From: Mycoavidus cysteinexigens
GTDB lineage: Bacteria > Pseudomonadota > Gammaproteobacteria > Burkholderiales > Burkholderiaceae
DNA: 64,000 nucleotides
Direction: 5' to 3'
Assembly: GCA_031963225.1 (NCBI GenBank)
Contig: JASSUD010000001.1
Coordinates: 23,942-87,941 of the forward strand
Shown here: one piece after another, positions 7,411-16,392 of the stretch
Layout: every line of letters begins with the position of its first letter
Numbering within the stretch: the stretch's first letter is position 1
Translations under genes and position numbers: made by a program
Notes under the pieces: model-generated
Told to the model about the DNA's origin: nothing
Database searches by the model: none
What the model saw: only the letters and a program-made list of their open reading frames with translations

Positions 7411-9312
7411 ATGGTCAACCCCTTAGCCACTGAAACGTCATACAGTCCAGCAGCACCTCAGGCTACTACCGGAAACATAAAAAAGGGCGATTCCTTCAAA
7501 GCCCGTTTCGCGCAAGGTCCTTTTGGCCCTTTTATTCCTGCTGCTATCGAAGAGCAGGAAAAAGTTCCTCAAAAAGCAGTTCGCGATCCTTTCATCAGGC
7601 ATCTGACAACCGAGTATTTTGGAGCCGAGTACCACAGCAGTCTTGCGCATATACATGACAAGGCAGTGGCAGAAGCTTTTAGCCCTCCTCGTAAATCCTT
7701 TCTTAGACGCGTAGTGACGGCCCCTTTTGCCGCTTCTACATGGCGCATGAAAATGCTCCCGCCTCTCTCTCCTGAGATATTTATCCGGGGAGTAAAGACA
7801 CTGCCTTCTAGGAAAGAAGAAAAAGCAGAGCCAGCAACAAGCAATAGCCAGGATATGGTGCCGGCCTCACTGGCCGATAAAGTGCAGCTCTTAGAAAACG
7901 TTTCGGACAAACTAGATGCGCTGTTCAGAGAAAATATCCTGAATACCCGTAAGCTCTCTGTAGAAGACCGGAAAAAAGATCTAGATTTAATCAAAGATTA
8001 TCAGCAAAAGATTAGAGCGACTTATACAGCACCTGAGTCTATCGTGAAAAAGCAGGCCGCTTCTGCACCGCCTTTGATGCTAAAAGAGAGTGCATCTCCT
8101 ACTCAAAATTCGGTGGTGCAGACTGCTACTGAAGAAACTAGCTCTTCCCATTCTCGTCGCACTACGGTGTATGAAATTGTAGATGGGGAAGAGGAAGATT
8201 TTGAATGTATAGACACGCTTTATACACCGGGGGCTAATCCTTACGCTACTACCGTACAAGAGATTCTAGATGAAGAAACAGTAGAGTCTCTGGATATGAC
8301 GTATGCATTTTTTAATGCATCAGAAGGTGGGGAGGTTTCATATTTGAATGCCTCAGAAGACCCCTCTGAACAGACATTTTCCGAAGCATGGGCCGTCTTT
8401 AAGGCCACTGCCAAGAGCATTACTGAACATAATCGCCCCGAAGATGGGATAGTACAAAAAATCTGCTTGACCCTTCTTAGTAGCTTAAATAGAGTAGTAA
8501 GCTCTTTATGCATTCCAGGCCTGTCGCTTGTTACGGACATGACTAAATATGTATTTGAACTTCACGCATTGTCTAAGATTCGAGAATGGGAAAACAGGAA
8601 TGCAATTAGAAAAGCATTGATAGAGATTTCGAAACCCATAATAACTTCCTCAGAGGGAGAGGCATTAGATATGAACGCAGTCAGTAATATTAATAGTTTT
8701 ACCACAGAAACAGCCATTAATTTAGCCAATGCTACGGGCGCTGCTATGCAAGTGCATACAGAGGATGTAGCTTCAAAAATTGCTCAGCATACGGAAAAAT
8801 TACAAAAAGATTTAGATGCTGGTACAGTAAAACTACAGAAAGATTTGAATGCTGGTACAGCGAGACTACAAAAAGATTTTAATAACGGTGCCGCCATTCT
8901 CATTGATGGTAATGCCGCCATCATTGGAAAATTGGAAGCCATAGAAGCAAATCAGCGAAGACAGGAAGAACATCAGCGAAAATTAGCACAAGATGTTGCT
9001 CCTCTTTTAAGAGTGCGTAAAACTTCAACTAATTCACTTGGCTCAAACGCTGACTCCGCTATTGGTCTTAATGATGGATCTCCATCTGGCTCTCGTTCTG
9101 TTAGCCCAGTAATAACTGATTCTCATAGTCCAGATTTTATCCATAAAGCTGAAGTGCAAGAGATCGTCGATAAGGCCTTGAAAGCCCAGGAAGAAAAACA
9201 TGCTAAAGAGATTGCTGGGTTAGAAGCTAAAGTGGATCGAACCAATCAACTATTGGAACAGTTTCTCCTTGGGCTACAAGCAAAAAATCAAGCAGCTGCA
9301 CAGGGTAATTAA
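7411..9312 (+). CDS. Family A: hypothetical 633-aa protein with coiled-coil C-terminal half and Ser-rich tail
   Basis: GAGAGAGG RBS. Internal 3x33-bp repeat (KLQKDL-D/N-AGT). Weakly hydrophobic segment ICLTLLSSLNRVVSSLCIPGLSLV. Ser-rich GSRSVSP region. A truncated copy of its 5' end is at 21591-21695. Confidence 0.75.
   Translation: MVNPLATETSYSPAAPQATTGNIKKGDSFKARFAQGPFGPFIPAAIEEQEKVPQKAVRDPFIRHLTTEYFGAEYHSSLAHIHDKAVAEAFSPPRKSFLRRVVTAPFAASTWRMKMLPPLSPEIFIRGVKTLPSRKEEKAEPATSNSQDMVPASLADKVQLLENVSDKLDALFRENILNTRKLSVEDRKKDLDLIKDYQQKIRATYTAPESIVKKQAASAPPLMLKESASPTQNSVVQTATEETSSSHSRRTTVYEIVDGEEEDFECIDTLYTPGANPYATTVQEILDEETVESLDMTYAFFNASEGGEVSYLNASEDPSEQTFSEAWAVFKATAKSITEHNRPEDGIVQKICLTLLSSLNRVVSSLCIPGLSLVTDMTKYVFELHALSKIREWENRNAIRKALIEISKPIITSSEGEALDMNAVSNINSFTTETAINLANATGAAMQVHTEDVASKIAQHTEKLQKDLDAGTVKLQKDLNAGTARLQKDFNNGAAILIDGNAAIIGKLEAIEANQRRQEEHQRKLAQDVAPLLRVRKTSTNSLGSNADSAIGLNDGSPSGSRSVSPVITDSHSPDFIHKAEVQEIVDKALKAQEEKHAKEIAGLEAKVDRTNQLLEQFLLGLQAKNQAAAQGN
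8797..8895 (+). repeat. 3 x 33-bp in-frame tandem repeat inside the family A gene
   Basis: AAATTACAAAAAGATTTAGATGCTGGTACAGTA, AAACTACAGAAAGATTTGAATGCTGGTACAGCG and AGACTACAAAAAGATTTTAATAACGGTGCCGCC. Confidence 0.8.
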
Positions 9313-9392
9313 AAATTTTTTTTTTAGAAAAACATATAGAGAATTTTATATATTTTGCAGAAAATTGCAGCGCAATAAAATATACTTATAAA

Positions 9393-9426
9393 ATGGCTCT
9401 TTGAAATAAAAAGGGCCATATTTTTA
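9393..9426 (+). terminator. Possible weak intrinsic terminator after the family A gene
   Basis: TGGCTCTTT / AAAGGGCCA imperfect stem followed by TATTTTT. Confidence 0.3.
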
Positions 9427-9478
9427 ATATGACCCCATCCATTTTTTGCTGCTGGCTAGTAGCTACAGGAAAATAAAT

Positions 9479-9826
9479 ATGAATTCTGCGGGTTCTATAC
9501 AACCACAGCGCACTGTTTGTAATGCTTCACTTATCGGCCAAGTTAACGAAGTTGGAAACATTGAAAAAGAGGAGGGCGGTGCAGTAAAGACTAATCTTCC
9601 GCTTGAAACGAGAAAGATTGCTCAGGAAGAACCGATATATTGGCGGATGGATACTGGTAAGGTGCTCACGGATTTAAACATTCGGCTGACGGTATTATTG
9701 TTCTGCACTATACCTTTTGCTTTTTTTGCTTCGACTGTCTTCCTATTTTGTGCACCAATTCTTGCCGCATTAATTTGCATTATAAAAACATGGTGTGACC
9801 TGATTAAAAGTCATCATGGATACTAA
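9479..9826 (+). CDS. Family B: small protein with one ~40-aa bilobed hydrophobic segment (115 aa)
   Basis: The ATG at 9479 follows the conserved leader CCATTTTTTGCTGCTGGCTAGTAGCTA shared with the 14930 and 21022 genes. Motif IAQEEPIYWR, then LTVLLFCTIPFAFFASTVFLFCAPILAALICII. Paralogues at 21022-21330 and pseudogene 14930-15250. Confidence 0.7.
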   Translation: MNSAGSIQPQRTVCNASLIGQVNEVGNIEKEEGGAVKTNLPLETRKIAQEEPIYWRMDTGKVLTDLNIRLTVLLFCTIPFAFFASTVFLFCAPILAALICIIKTWCDLIKSHHGY

Positions 9827-9936
9827 TATGGTTGAGCACACAAAGTTTATGGCAAGGGAAGTGCCTCAGGAAGCTCAACTGAATTGGATGCATTTTTATA
9901 AAAGAGAAAAAACTATTTAGATCAGGAAATAGAGAG

Positions 9937-10758
9937 ATGTGCCCTATCGCAATATCTTCAGCTAACCCTCTGTATCAGAGTCGGTTAAATTATCCTACTA
10001 TCGAAGATGATAGGGCAGCTCCTCTGCTACGCACAGCAGAGATTGGCGGATTGCTTGAAATGGAACCGTTATTGGTCATTCATGCACCTATTGAACAAGT
10101 GCATGCGCGCACATTTTCTTTTTCTACGACAACAAATCGGTTACAACCCTATATTGAAAGTCAGGCAAACTGGGATCCAAAAGGTTATCTGGTATGCTGG
10201 TTCTCAGCTGTTTCTTTGGGAATGTCTATACTAATTTTCAGTTTACACTGTATCGAAAAGTATCATGAAAATCATCAAGAGATACTGACTGCTCAGATTA
10301 TCAATATTCTTCTTACCTCGTTCAAGTACCTTCATTTTTTATTTTCCTGCCCTGCCTCTTGTATTAAATGGTCCCAAAAAGCAGCCAGATGGTTGTCGCC
10401 AAATCGCGCTTCAGAGCAGCGCATGGTACTAGCAAGCGCTTCACGCATTGTGCAAAAACCAACGAATTGCTTTTGGCCTACTATTCAATGGTGGGCACGG
10501 CTAGATAATAATGATTATTATTTACATGATGTATTAAGAGTGAGCTCCTTTATAACAGCTACGCTGAGCTTTTTTTTACACCTTATTGAAAAAAAACATG
10601 ATAACCATACGCCAATGCTATGGCTCGAGGGAGCGAACATCTGTCTTAACGTTTTTCTCATCTTGCATGATGTAGCAAGAATAGCTGTACAAGAATGGGG
10701 GCAACCGAGTCTATTGCCGCAGAATGCTATACGGATGACAAACTATCAAACTATCTAG
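9937..10758 (+). CDS. Family C: multi-pass membrane protein with duplicated H-x2-EK-x2-(E/D)NH motif (273 aa)
   Basis: LHCIEKYHENHQEILTAQIINILL and LHLIEKKHDNHTPMLWLEGANICL each sit between hydrophobic helices. C-terminus IRMTNYQTI. Paralogue at 21724-22476 ends IRMANYQTV. Confidence 0.75.
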   Translation: MCPIAISSANPLYQSRLNYPTIEDDRAAPLLRTAEIGGLLEMEPLLVIHAPIEQVHARTFSFSTTTNRLQPYIESQANWDPKGYLVCWFSAVSLGMSILIFSLHCIEKYHENHQEILTAQIINILLTSFKYLHFLFSCPASCIKWSQKAARWLSPNRASEQRMVLASASRIVQKPTNCFWPTIQWWARLDNNDYYLHDVLRVSSFITATLSFFLHLIEKKHDNHTPMLWLEGANICLNVFLILHDVARIAVQEWGQPSLLPQNAIRMTNYQTI

Positions 10759-10912
10759 TGCACGGTTGGTGTGAGGCAGAAATCCAAAGAATTGTTATTA
10801 ATAAAACATAAATTTTTGTGTATCACGGTCTATTTTAGAAACATGTGCTATGCATGTTTGGGAGTGTTGCTCACTAACTTTTTATCTTTAAACCTCATAT
10901 CTTTGCGGCAGG

Positions 10913-11086
10913 GTAGGTTGGTGGTGAGGAACGAACCCCATGCGCGCTAACTTAAGCCAAAGACCAGAATATATTGTCGCTAAACTGTACAAAAAGTTAA
11001 GCGAAAAAAGGGGATTTTTTCCATGAACAGGCTATCTTTTGGCTTAAGTTAGCGCGCATGGGAACGAACCCCAACATGCATACCAC
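10913..11086. repeat. REP unit with nested MITE (copy 2 of the composite at 198-370)
   Basis: GTAGGTTGGTGGTGAGGAACGAACCCCA + 118-bp insert + TGGGAACGAACCCCAACATGCATACCAC. Near-identical to 198-370 apart from a few substitutions. Confidence 0.85.
10941..11058. mobile_element. 118-bp MITE-like insert nested inside a REP unit (copy 2)
   Basis: Same TGCGCGCTAACTTAAGCC inverted termini and internal sequence as 226-343. Flanked by direct repeat GGAACGAACCCCA. Confidence 0.75.
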
Positions 11087-11398
11087 TGACTTTAATATTC
11101 CTGTTGCCGTTTTGTAGGCTGCTCTACAAAGGGACCGTGGCGTGTATGTGTTTGGATGTTCGCCCTGTAATTATTATTTCATTAGTTTGCACCATAGAAA
11201 TATGGTGCCGTCTACTTATGTCTGGTGATGGTTTCAATGCCTAAAGCGGCCAAATTTGGCTCAAGATGAAGGCAATCCAACGCCTTATCGTGAATGTAGA
11301 TAAGCCTTCTCTACCCATACTGCTAAAATCATACAACCCCCTCTGCAATATTTAGCCAAACCATGTATTTTTTTACAGAAAAATTTTATGTGAAAAGC

Positions 11399-11866
11399 TT
11401 ATGCAGTGAGCAGCAAAGGTCTTCTTATAATGGAAGCAGTAGGTTTTTTTTGAGAGTCTCTTTTATGCTGTTTATATAGCGACTGCATTTTTCTAAATTT
11501 GTTTTCTGCTTCTTCAAGTGCTTTGCTTATATTTTTTAGCATAAATGCGGTAGGTGATAAGAGAATAACGGGTGTTGCAGGAACTAATAGGAGACATACA
11601 GATATGTCTGGGGTTAAAGATGCAAAAAATATTGCAGTTATGGCTCCACATATTATAAATGTGATAGCGCTGGATGAGACTAATATTATTAATAAATTAA
11701 AACATATCTTTTCATATTCATTCAATTTTTGAATTTTATTTATTAATAGCTCTTCCGTGAGTATTTCATGTTCTGAAAAATAAGGTTCTGATGCTAAAAT
11801 CGGAAAAGTAGTCTTGCGCCATATATAATCTAATGGAGAAGGCCAATCTGAATTATAAATAACCAC
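11399..11866 (-). CDS. Family D: small two-TM protein (MFTFTSxW family)
   Basis: GTG at 11866 chosen by alignment with paralogue starts (TAAGGCGAGCTAT context shared with 23546). The track start 11932 is a TTG. Motifs DWPSPLDYIWRKTT, hydrophobic pair, AENKFRKMQSLYKQH, tail ASIIRRPLLLTA. Confidence 0.7.
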   Translation of the reverse strand: MVIYNSDWPSPLDYIWRKTTFPILASEPYFSEHEILTEELLINKIQKLNEYEKICFNLLIILVSSSAITFIICGAITAIFFASLTPDISVCLLLVPATPVILLSPTAFMLKNISKALEEAENKFRKMQSLYKQHKRDSQKKPTASIIRRPLLLTA

Positions 11867-12056
11867 TATAGCTCGCCTTACAATAAAAATAGAAGGTGTT
11901 TCAAATGGATGTGGCGTAATAGAAAACGCCAAAAAATATAATTCTTCTTTATTAGAATGGGTATGCCTTTCTAGACAAAATTAGAAAATCTGCAGGTTTC
12001 ATATTTTATGCAGTGAGCAGCAAAGGTCTTCTTGTACTAGAGGCAGTGGATTTTTT

Positions 12057-12488
12057 CTAATTCATTTCGTGTTGTTTATGTAATAACTGCATTTTTTGAA
12101 GTCGATTCTCTGCTTCTGTAAGCATAGCTGGTTGTATATGTTCATATACTAGATCCACAGATTTTAAAAATAAAAATGGAAACGCAATAAGCACAATAAA
12201 AATTAAAGCAGGTCCTAGAATTGGAAGTGAAAATACTGTCTCTGGAATAATTCCAATAATAGTCGGAAAGATTATTAAGGCAGTTATGAATGATACAGTC
12301 CAACTTTTAAAGTGGTGATATGGATCTTCATATTTTCTAAGGTTAATTATCCCGTCTTTTAATACCTCTTCCGTGATTATTTCATTATTGGAGATATAAG
12401 GTTCATGCGATAAAAATGAGGTCGTGGTATTCCTCCATACATAATTGCATACAGAAGGAGAGGACCAGTTTGAAGTAAAAGTAAACAC
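12057..12488 (-). CDS. Family D: small two-TM protein, C-terminal tail cut off by an in-frame TAG
   Basis: GTG start, MFTFTSNWSSPSVCNYVWRNTT, AENRLQKMQLLHKQH. After the stop at 12057-12059 the same frame still reads KKSTASSTRRPLLLTA-stop (12005-12056), which is the conserved family tail. Confidence 0.7.
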   Translation of the reverse strand: MFTFTSNWSSPSVCNYVWRNTTTSFLSHEPYISNNEIITEEVLKDGIINLRKYEDPYHHFKSWTVSFITALIIFPTIIGIIPETVFSLPILGPALIFIVLIAFPFLFLKSVDLVYEHIQPAMLTEAENRLQKMQLLHKQHEMN

Positions 12489-12599
12489 TTATAGTTCACC
12501 TGACAATAAAAAATAGGAGACATTTCAGATGGAAAGGGAGCGTAATAGAAAGCGCTGGAGAAATATGCTGTTTTCCGATGTGGTATGCCCATTTGCCTT

Positions 12600-14117
12600 C
12601 TAGCTCAAGTTACGAAAAATTTTGAACTGTTCAGGTTCTCTTAAGATAGGAGCGATTAACTTACAGTCCAATATGCCTCTTATAGGAGTAATTTTCCATA
12701 TATGCTTTTTTTCCCCTACGATCTGTAATGTATTATGGTCCCAGCTTATATTTTGGATAATTCCTAATAGAGGATCTACCGGTTTTTTCTGGAATGCTCC
12801 AGATTCTGTGGATAGTAATAAGATGGTCGTATTTCCTTCAAGCACAGCAAGCCAGCGTTCACAAGGAGAAAATTTGAATTGAACATTCTGAGCCGGTGTT
12901 AATGCAAAATGGCTTTGGACTCTTGCATGCTTATGGGAGTAAAGCCATATCGTGGCAGTTTGAGCACTGCCTTTGGCATTCATCTCCGCTAAGAGCAGCC
13001 ATTTTCCTTGGGGAGACACTGTGAGCTCGGTTATAGATGTGGGTTTATTTGCTATAGAGGACGCTTTTGAGTCAGTAGATTCGCAAGGCTCTATGCTTTT
13101 TTCAAGTTTGCCTGTTTTAGTCGACCATTGTTTAATGGTTTTTCCGTCTATTACAGTAAAAAAATGTTTTTTATCTGCTGAAAAGGCACTGGATGAAACG
13201 GTGCCTTTAATATGCATCACTTTAGCGGGTTGCGGTTTGATTTCTGCGCGGGTGGGTTCAAATCGTAGGGTTATGCGTTGGTAGGCGGCGTCTTCTGCTT
13301 CCTCTGCTGACGCTAGCATTTCTATTTCTTCTTGCGCTTGCAGCCTTGGCTCATGCACCTGAGGGGATGGGGCTGGCTGAAGCAAACTATTTTTAAGGAG
13401 GTCAGATTGTTCAAATTTATTTTTGGCTAAAATTCCTCTTGCACCTACTGCCCCCAGTGCTATTAGAGCAGTTGCCGAGGTAGTTACCCATATTGGCGCT
13501 ATTAAAACTGTGCCTATCTTCCATATTACACCTTTCAATAGCATACCTTTTAATACCGCAACCTCCCCTGCTGCTGTTGCGATAGTTGCCAAACCAGAAA
13601 TTTCTGCCGCCCTTTCTAGCGAATTAATAAATGCATTTTTCCACGCCAATACCTCAGCTTGCTCCGCACGCAATGCTTTCACTGCGTGTGACGAAAGCAT
13701 TTCTACATGAGGAAGCATAAGATACTGACTCTGTGCGCAAAACGTAAATTCTTCGCATCCTTCCCCTGAAAACTGTTTCACAGGCCCTTCTGAATCAGCA
13801 GGTTTACATATAATTTCTTTTTCCGCATTACGCCAAGCATGCCATTTACCGTCTAGGGATATTTCCTGCGGTTCTATTTCAGGTTCTGGTGCGGGTTTTG
13901 AAACGACGGGGGGCGTTTTAAGGAGCGGTAAGAGGCCGGTATTCAGGTTATTTTCTAATTCAGTGAAAGCAGTGGTGTTGTCTGGTGCTTCTCTGTGCTG
14001 AATTTTTGCCTGTCCTATAAACGTTCCAATGGTGTTTTTCGCTACTCTTTGCTCCATATTGAGCGGAGACGGTGGAGCGTTGGTAGCTTGTACAGAAGAG
14101 GATGGTCCAATATTCAC
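12600..14117 (-). CDS. Family E: WD-like repeat protein with central bilobed hydrophobic segment
   Basis: GTG at 14117 preceded by GGAGAAATA, identical to the starts of the two paralogues. The track start 14204 is an alternative. WD-like units ISLDGKWHAWRN, FSADKKHFFTVIDGKTIKQWS, VSPQGKWLLLAE..TIWLYS, FSPCERWLAVLEG. TM pair GLATIATAAGEVAVLKG..IGTVLIAPIWVTTSATALIALGAVG. Confidence 0.8.
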   Translation of the reverse strand: MNIGPSSSVQATNAPPSPLNMEQRVAKNTIGTFIGQAKIQHREAPDNTTAFTELENNLNTGLLPLLKTPPVVSKPAPEPEIEPQEISLDGKWHAWRNAEKEIICKPADSEGPVKQFSGEGCEEFTFCAQSQYLMLPHVEMLSSHAVKALRAEQAEVLAWKNAFINSLERAAEISGLATIATAAGEVAVLKGMLLKGVIWKIGTVLIAPIWVTTSATALIALGAVGARGILAKNKFEQSDLLKNSLLQPAPSPQVHEPRLQAQEEIEMLASAEEAEDAAYQRITLRFEPTRAEIKPQPAKVMHIKGTVSSSAFSADKKHFFTVIDGKTIKQWSTKTGKLEKSIEPCESTDSKASSIANKPTSITELTVSPQGKWLLLAEMNAKGSAQTATIWLYSHKHARVQSHFALTPAQNVQFKFSPCERWLAVLEGNTTILLLSTESGAFQKKPVDPLLGIIQNISWDHNTLQIVGEKKHIWKITPIRGILDCKLIAPILREPEQFKIFRNLS

Positions 14118-14329
14118 TATTTCTCCTATTTTTGAAAGAAAGGGAAGAAATACAGATGATGAGTAGAAAAGTACGATAAGTAACCAAACCGCGGTTTTTA
14201 TCATTAAAAGAAGTCCGTGCTACTAGTGTTTTTTACGGATATTTTTCTTAAGAAATGGGCTTAAAAATAGGGTTTCTACTGTCTGCTTTGAAATTGCCGT
14301 TGATAGAACCCTTTTACACGGGCATCTTG

Positions 14330-14425
14330 GTAGGTTGGTGGTGACAAAGGAACCCCAACATGCACAACACTTACTTTTAATCTTTGCGCTCGGCCTATCA
14401 GCGACTTGCGTAATATCAGTTAATA
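14330..14425. repeat. REP half-element (reverse unit plus tail and outer terminus)
   Basis: GTAGGTTGGTGGTGACAAAGGAACCCCAACATGCACAACACTTACTTTTAATCTTTGCGCTC..TGCGTAATATCAGTTAATAA. Collinear with 198-232 plus 359-442 of the first element. Confidence 0.8.
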
Positions 14426-14430
14426 AAAAA

Positions 14431-14568
14431 GCAGATGGCCTCGTAGAGCGATTTAATGAGATTGAATAGCGTTTCACTAAAATTGAAGCAGGCATTGAGC
14501 TACTTTTGAAGCAAGCTGGCTTACAGCCTCCGACAAATCCACAGCCACGAGTAGAGAACCCTGCATAA
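14431..14568 (+). pseudogene. Possible 3' remnant of a coiled-coil (family A / 29492-like) gene
   Basis: Reads VERFNEIE-stop-RFTKIEAGIELLLKQAGLQPPTNPQPRVENPA-stop. No start codon. It begins directly at the REP half-element, and its tail loosely resembles the C-termini of the 7411 and 29492 products. Confidence 0.3.
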
Positions 14569-14600
14569 GGATTTTCCTCTTCCTAAACAGATAGAAATAG

Positions 14601-14636
14601 TGCCCCACTCACTCAGCATGTTTGGGGCATTTTTTT
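14601..14636 (+). terminator. Intrinsic terminator (repeated spacer module)
   Basis: TGCCCCA..16-nt loop..TGGGGCA followed by T7. The same module recurs at 21390-21426, in each case about 60 nt before a promoter-like box. Confidence 0.55.
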
Positions 14637-14693
14637 GATGTTTTTACTTGGTATGCGATAGAGAAGTATTTATGCATAAGTATTCTATAAACT

Positions 14694-14750
14694 AAAAAAT
14701 TAAGGGTATAAATGGATAGGTCTGTAGAGGCAGTTCACGTTATATATGCG
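14694..14750 (+). promoter_or_regulatory. Island promoter-like box, copy 2
   Basis: AAAAAATTAAGGGTATAAATGGATAGGTCTGTAGAGGCAGTTCACGTTATATATGCG. The box and about 180 nt downstream (to 14929) are collinear with 19220-19455. Confidence 0.5.
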
Positions 14751-14929
14751 TTTTAGTAATTGTAAGATTGCGATGACGCCTAAAAGGAGAAGGTTAGATC
14801 AACTCCTTCCCTTCCGTATTGAAATTCCATTCAGTTCAGCACCTTCTCGGGCTGCCAATTTTTAATACGATCCATCTCTATTTATACAATCCATTTTTTG
14901 CCGCCACCTAGTAGCTATGCGGAGATAGT

Positions 14930-15250
14930 ATGCGTTTTTTATACCTTTTATATCAGCACGCTGTACCGTTATCAATGGCTAAATTCATGCTGCAGAAATT
15001 AACCATGAAGAAAATTGAAAAATGGGATCACAGTGCACTAAAAGGTAATCATGCTCTTATTGAAATAGTGAACACTGTTCATGAAGAGCCTGTATATCAG
15101 CGAATTGTACTGGTAGGGCGCTCACGGATTTAAAAATTCGGCTGACGGTATTATTGTTCTGCACGATAAATTTTGCTATTTTTGCTTTTGACTGTCTTCC
15201 TATTTTGTGCCCCAATTCTTGAAGTGTTGATTTTCATTATAAAAGCGTAG
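14930..15250 (+). pseudogene. Family B pseudogene (frameshifted)
   Basis: Same leader and RBS (GCGGAGATAGTATG) as 21022. The ORF stops at 15131-15133, while nucleotide homology to 9660-9800 (CGGATTTAAA.ATTCGGCTGACGGTATTATTGTTCTGCAC..) continues in another frame to about 15250. Confidence 0.7.
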
Positions 15251-15323
15251 TAATCAGCTTATCGGCCGCAAGGAATATAAAAGCCTATTTAAAATTTCTC
15301 GGCTCGCATCCGTTGGGATGCCT

Positions 15324-15890
15324 CTATGCTCTTCCTGAAAAAATACGAGTCAATAATAATGATGATGATGATGTTTTACCCATTAGACTTAGCTTACTGT
15401 TTATTTTATTGTTACCTTTAACCACATCTACCAGTGCTTTGACATCTTGCGTTAGATAATGATTCTGCCTATCTTGAATTCCTCGCTCAATTTCTACAAG
15501 TGCAAGCTTTTTCTTTAAAGCTTTAATCTCTAGATTTTTATCTTCAAGCTCTTGACGTAAAGTTTCGTAATCTTCTCTAAGCTGCTCGCTAATTTCTGTA
15601 ACGCTACCATTGAAAAAATCATCAAGGCGACCCAAATGAGTAATAGTAATCTCTTCCGTTTCAATATTTACCTCTAAATTACTGTTTTCAATCGATGCTG
15701 TCTGTACTTTTTGGGCTATGTTTTCTCGGCTATCGCTTCCAGCTGCTGCTTTAGCTGCAGCAGCAGCTTGTATTTCTTGCTGTTCAAGGTCGGCTTGCGC
15801 AGAAAAGTTTTCACGTAGATTTTCCAATCTGCCTATCATTTGTGAATATGAAGGTGTCATTTGAGATGATGAATTATTCACTAGTATCAT
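15324..15890 (-). CDS. Hypothetical coiled-coil protein (188 aa)
   Basis: GGAGAAGAAA RBS before the ATG. Heptad-rich EQLREDYETLRQELEDKNLEIKALKKKLALVEIERG. No TM segment and no recognisable family. Confidence 0.6.
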   Translation of the reverse strand: MILVNNSSSQMTPSYSQMIGRLENLRENFSAQADLEQQEIQAAAAAKAAAGSDSRENIAQKVQTASIENSNLEVNIETEEITITHLGRLDDFFNGSVTEISEQLREDYETLRQELEDKNLEIKALKKKLALVEIERGIQDRQNHYLTQDVKALVDVVKGNNKINSKLSLMGKTSSSSLLLTRIFSGRA

Positions 15891-16149
15891 TTTCTTCTCC
15901 TGTCAATATGGGATATTGCATTGTGTATAAAGGGGAAATTTATGATAAATGCTTAATATAAATATATATGGCTTTTTATCTATTATTTCTTATGTGTTCA
16001 CACTTATATTTAACGATAAATTAAAAAAATTACTCTCGTATCATTAGCTACAGAAAATAAATTGGGGGATCTCAAGAATAAAGTGCAACATGTTTAGCCA
16101 AATGAGTTTTCTGTAATTTTTGAGTCAAAGCTTGTTCAGCAGAGAGCGA

Positions 16150-16345
16150 GCCTAAAGTTTGGCGCAGTCTACTAAAGCTGAAAAGCAATATATTGTATGA
16201 ATCCATGAATATTCAAGATGCTAATTTAGTTGTGCAATGCCATTTTCTAATACACTTTCTGTGAGCACTTCCTCCTCAGAAATATAGAGGCCATGCGATA
16301 TAAATATTGCACTATTTATATAGGAAAAGATATTTTATTCTTTGC
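16150..16345 (-). pseudogene. Family D remnant (internally deleted)
   Basis: 16165-16345 aligns with 17160-17400 of the 16878-17372 gene and its leader (AGCTGAAAAGCAA..ATGAATCCATGAAT..GCCATTTTCTAATACACTTTCTGTGAGCACTTCCTCCTCAGA), but about 90 nt of the N-terminal coding part is missing. Confidence 0.65.
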
Positions 16346-16392
16346 AGAATGCTCAGAGTATAGAGACTTTCGAAAGCTGCAAACCAGCTATT

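Noticed and set aside
12973-13284. Antisense ORFs conserved in all three family E genes (12973-13284, 17838-18119, 23914-24249; also 13423-13710, 18183-18650, 24253-24690)
   Set aside because: Their conservation mirrors the conserved sense-strand core. The sense frames are long, have a shared RBS-GTG start and show WD-like motifs. The antisense frames have no starts with RBSs.
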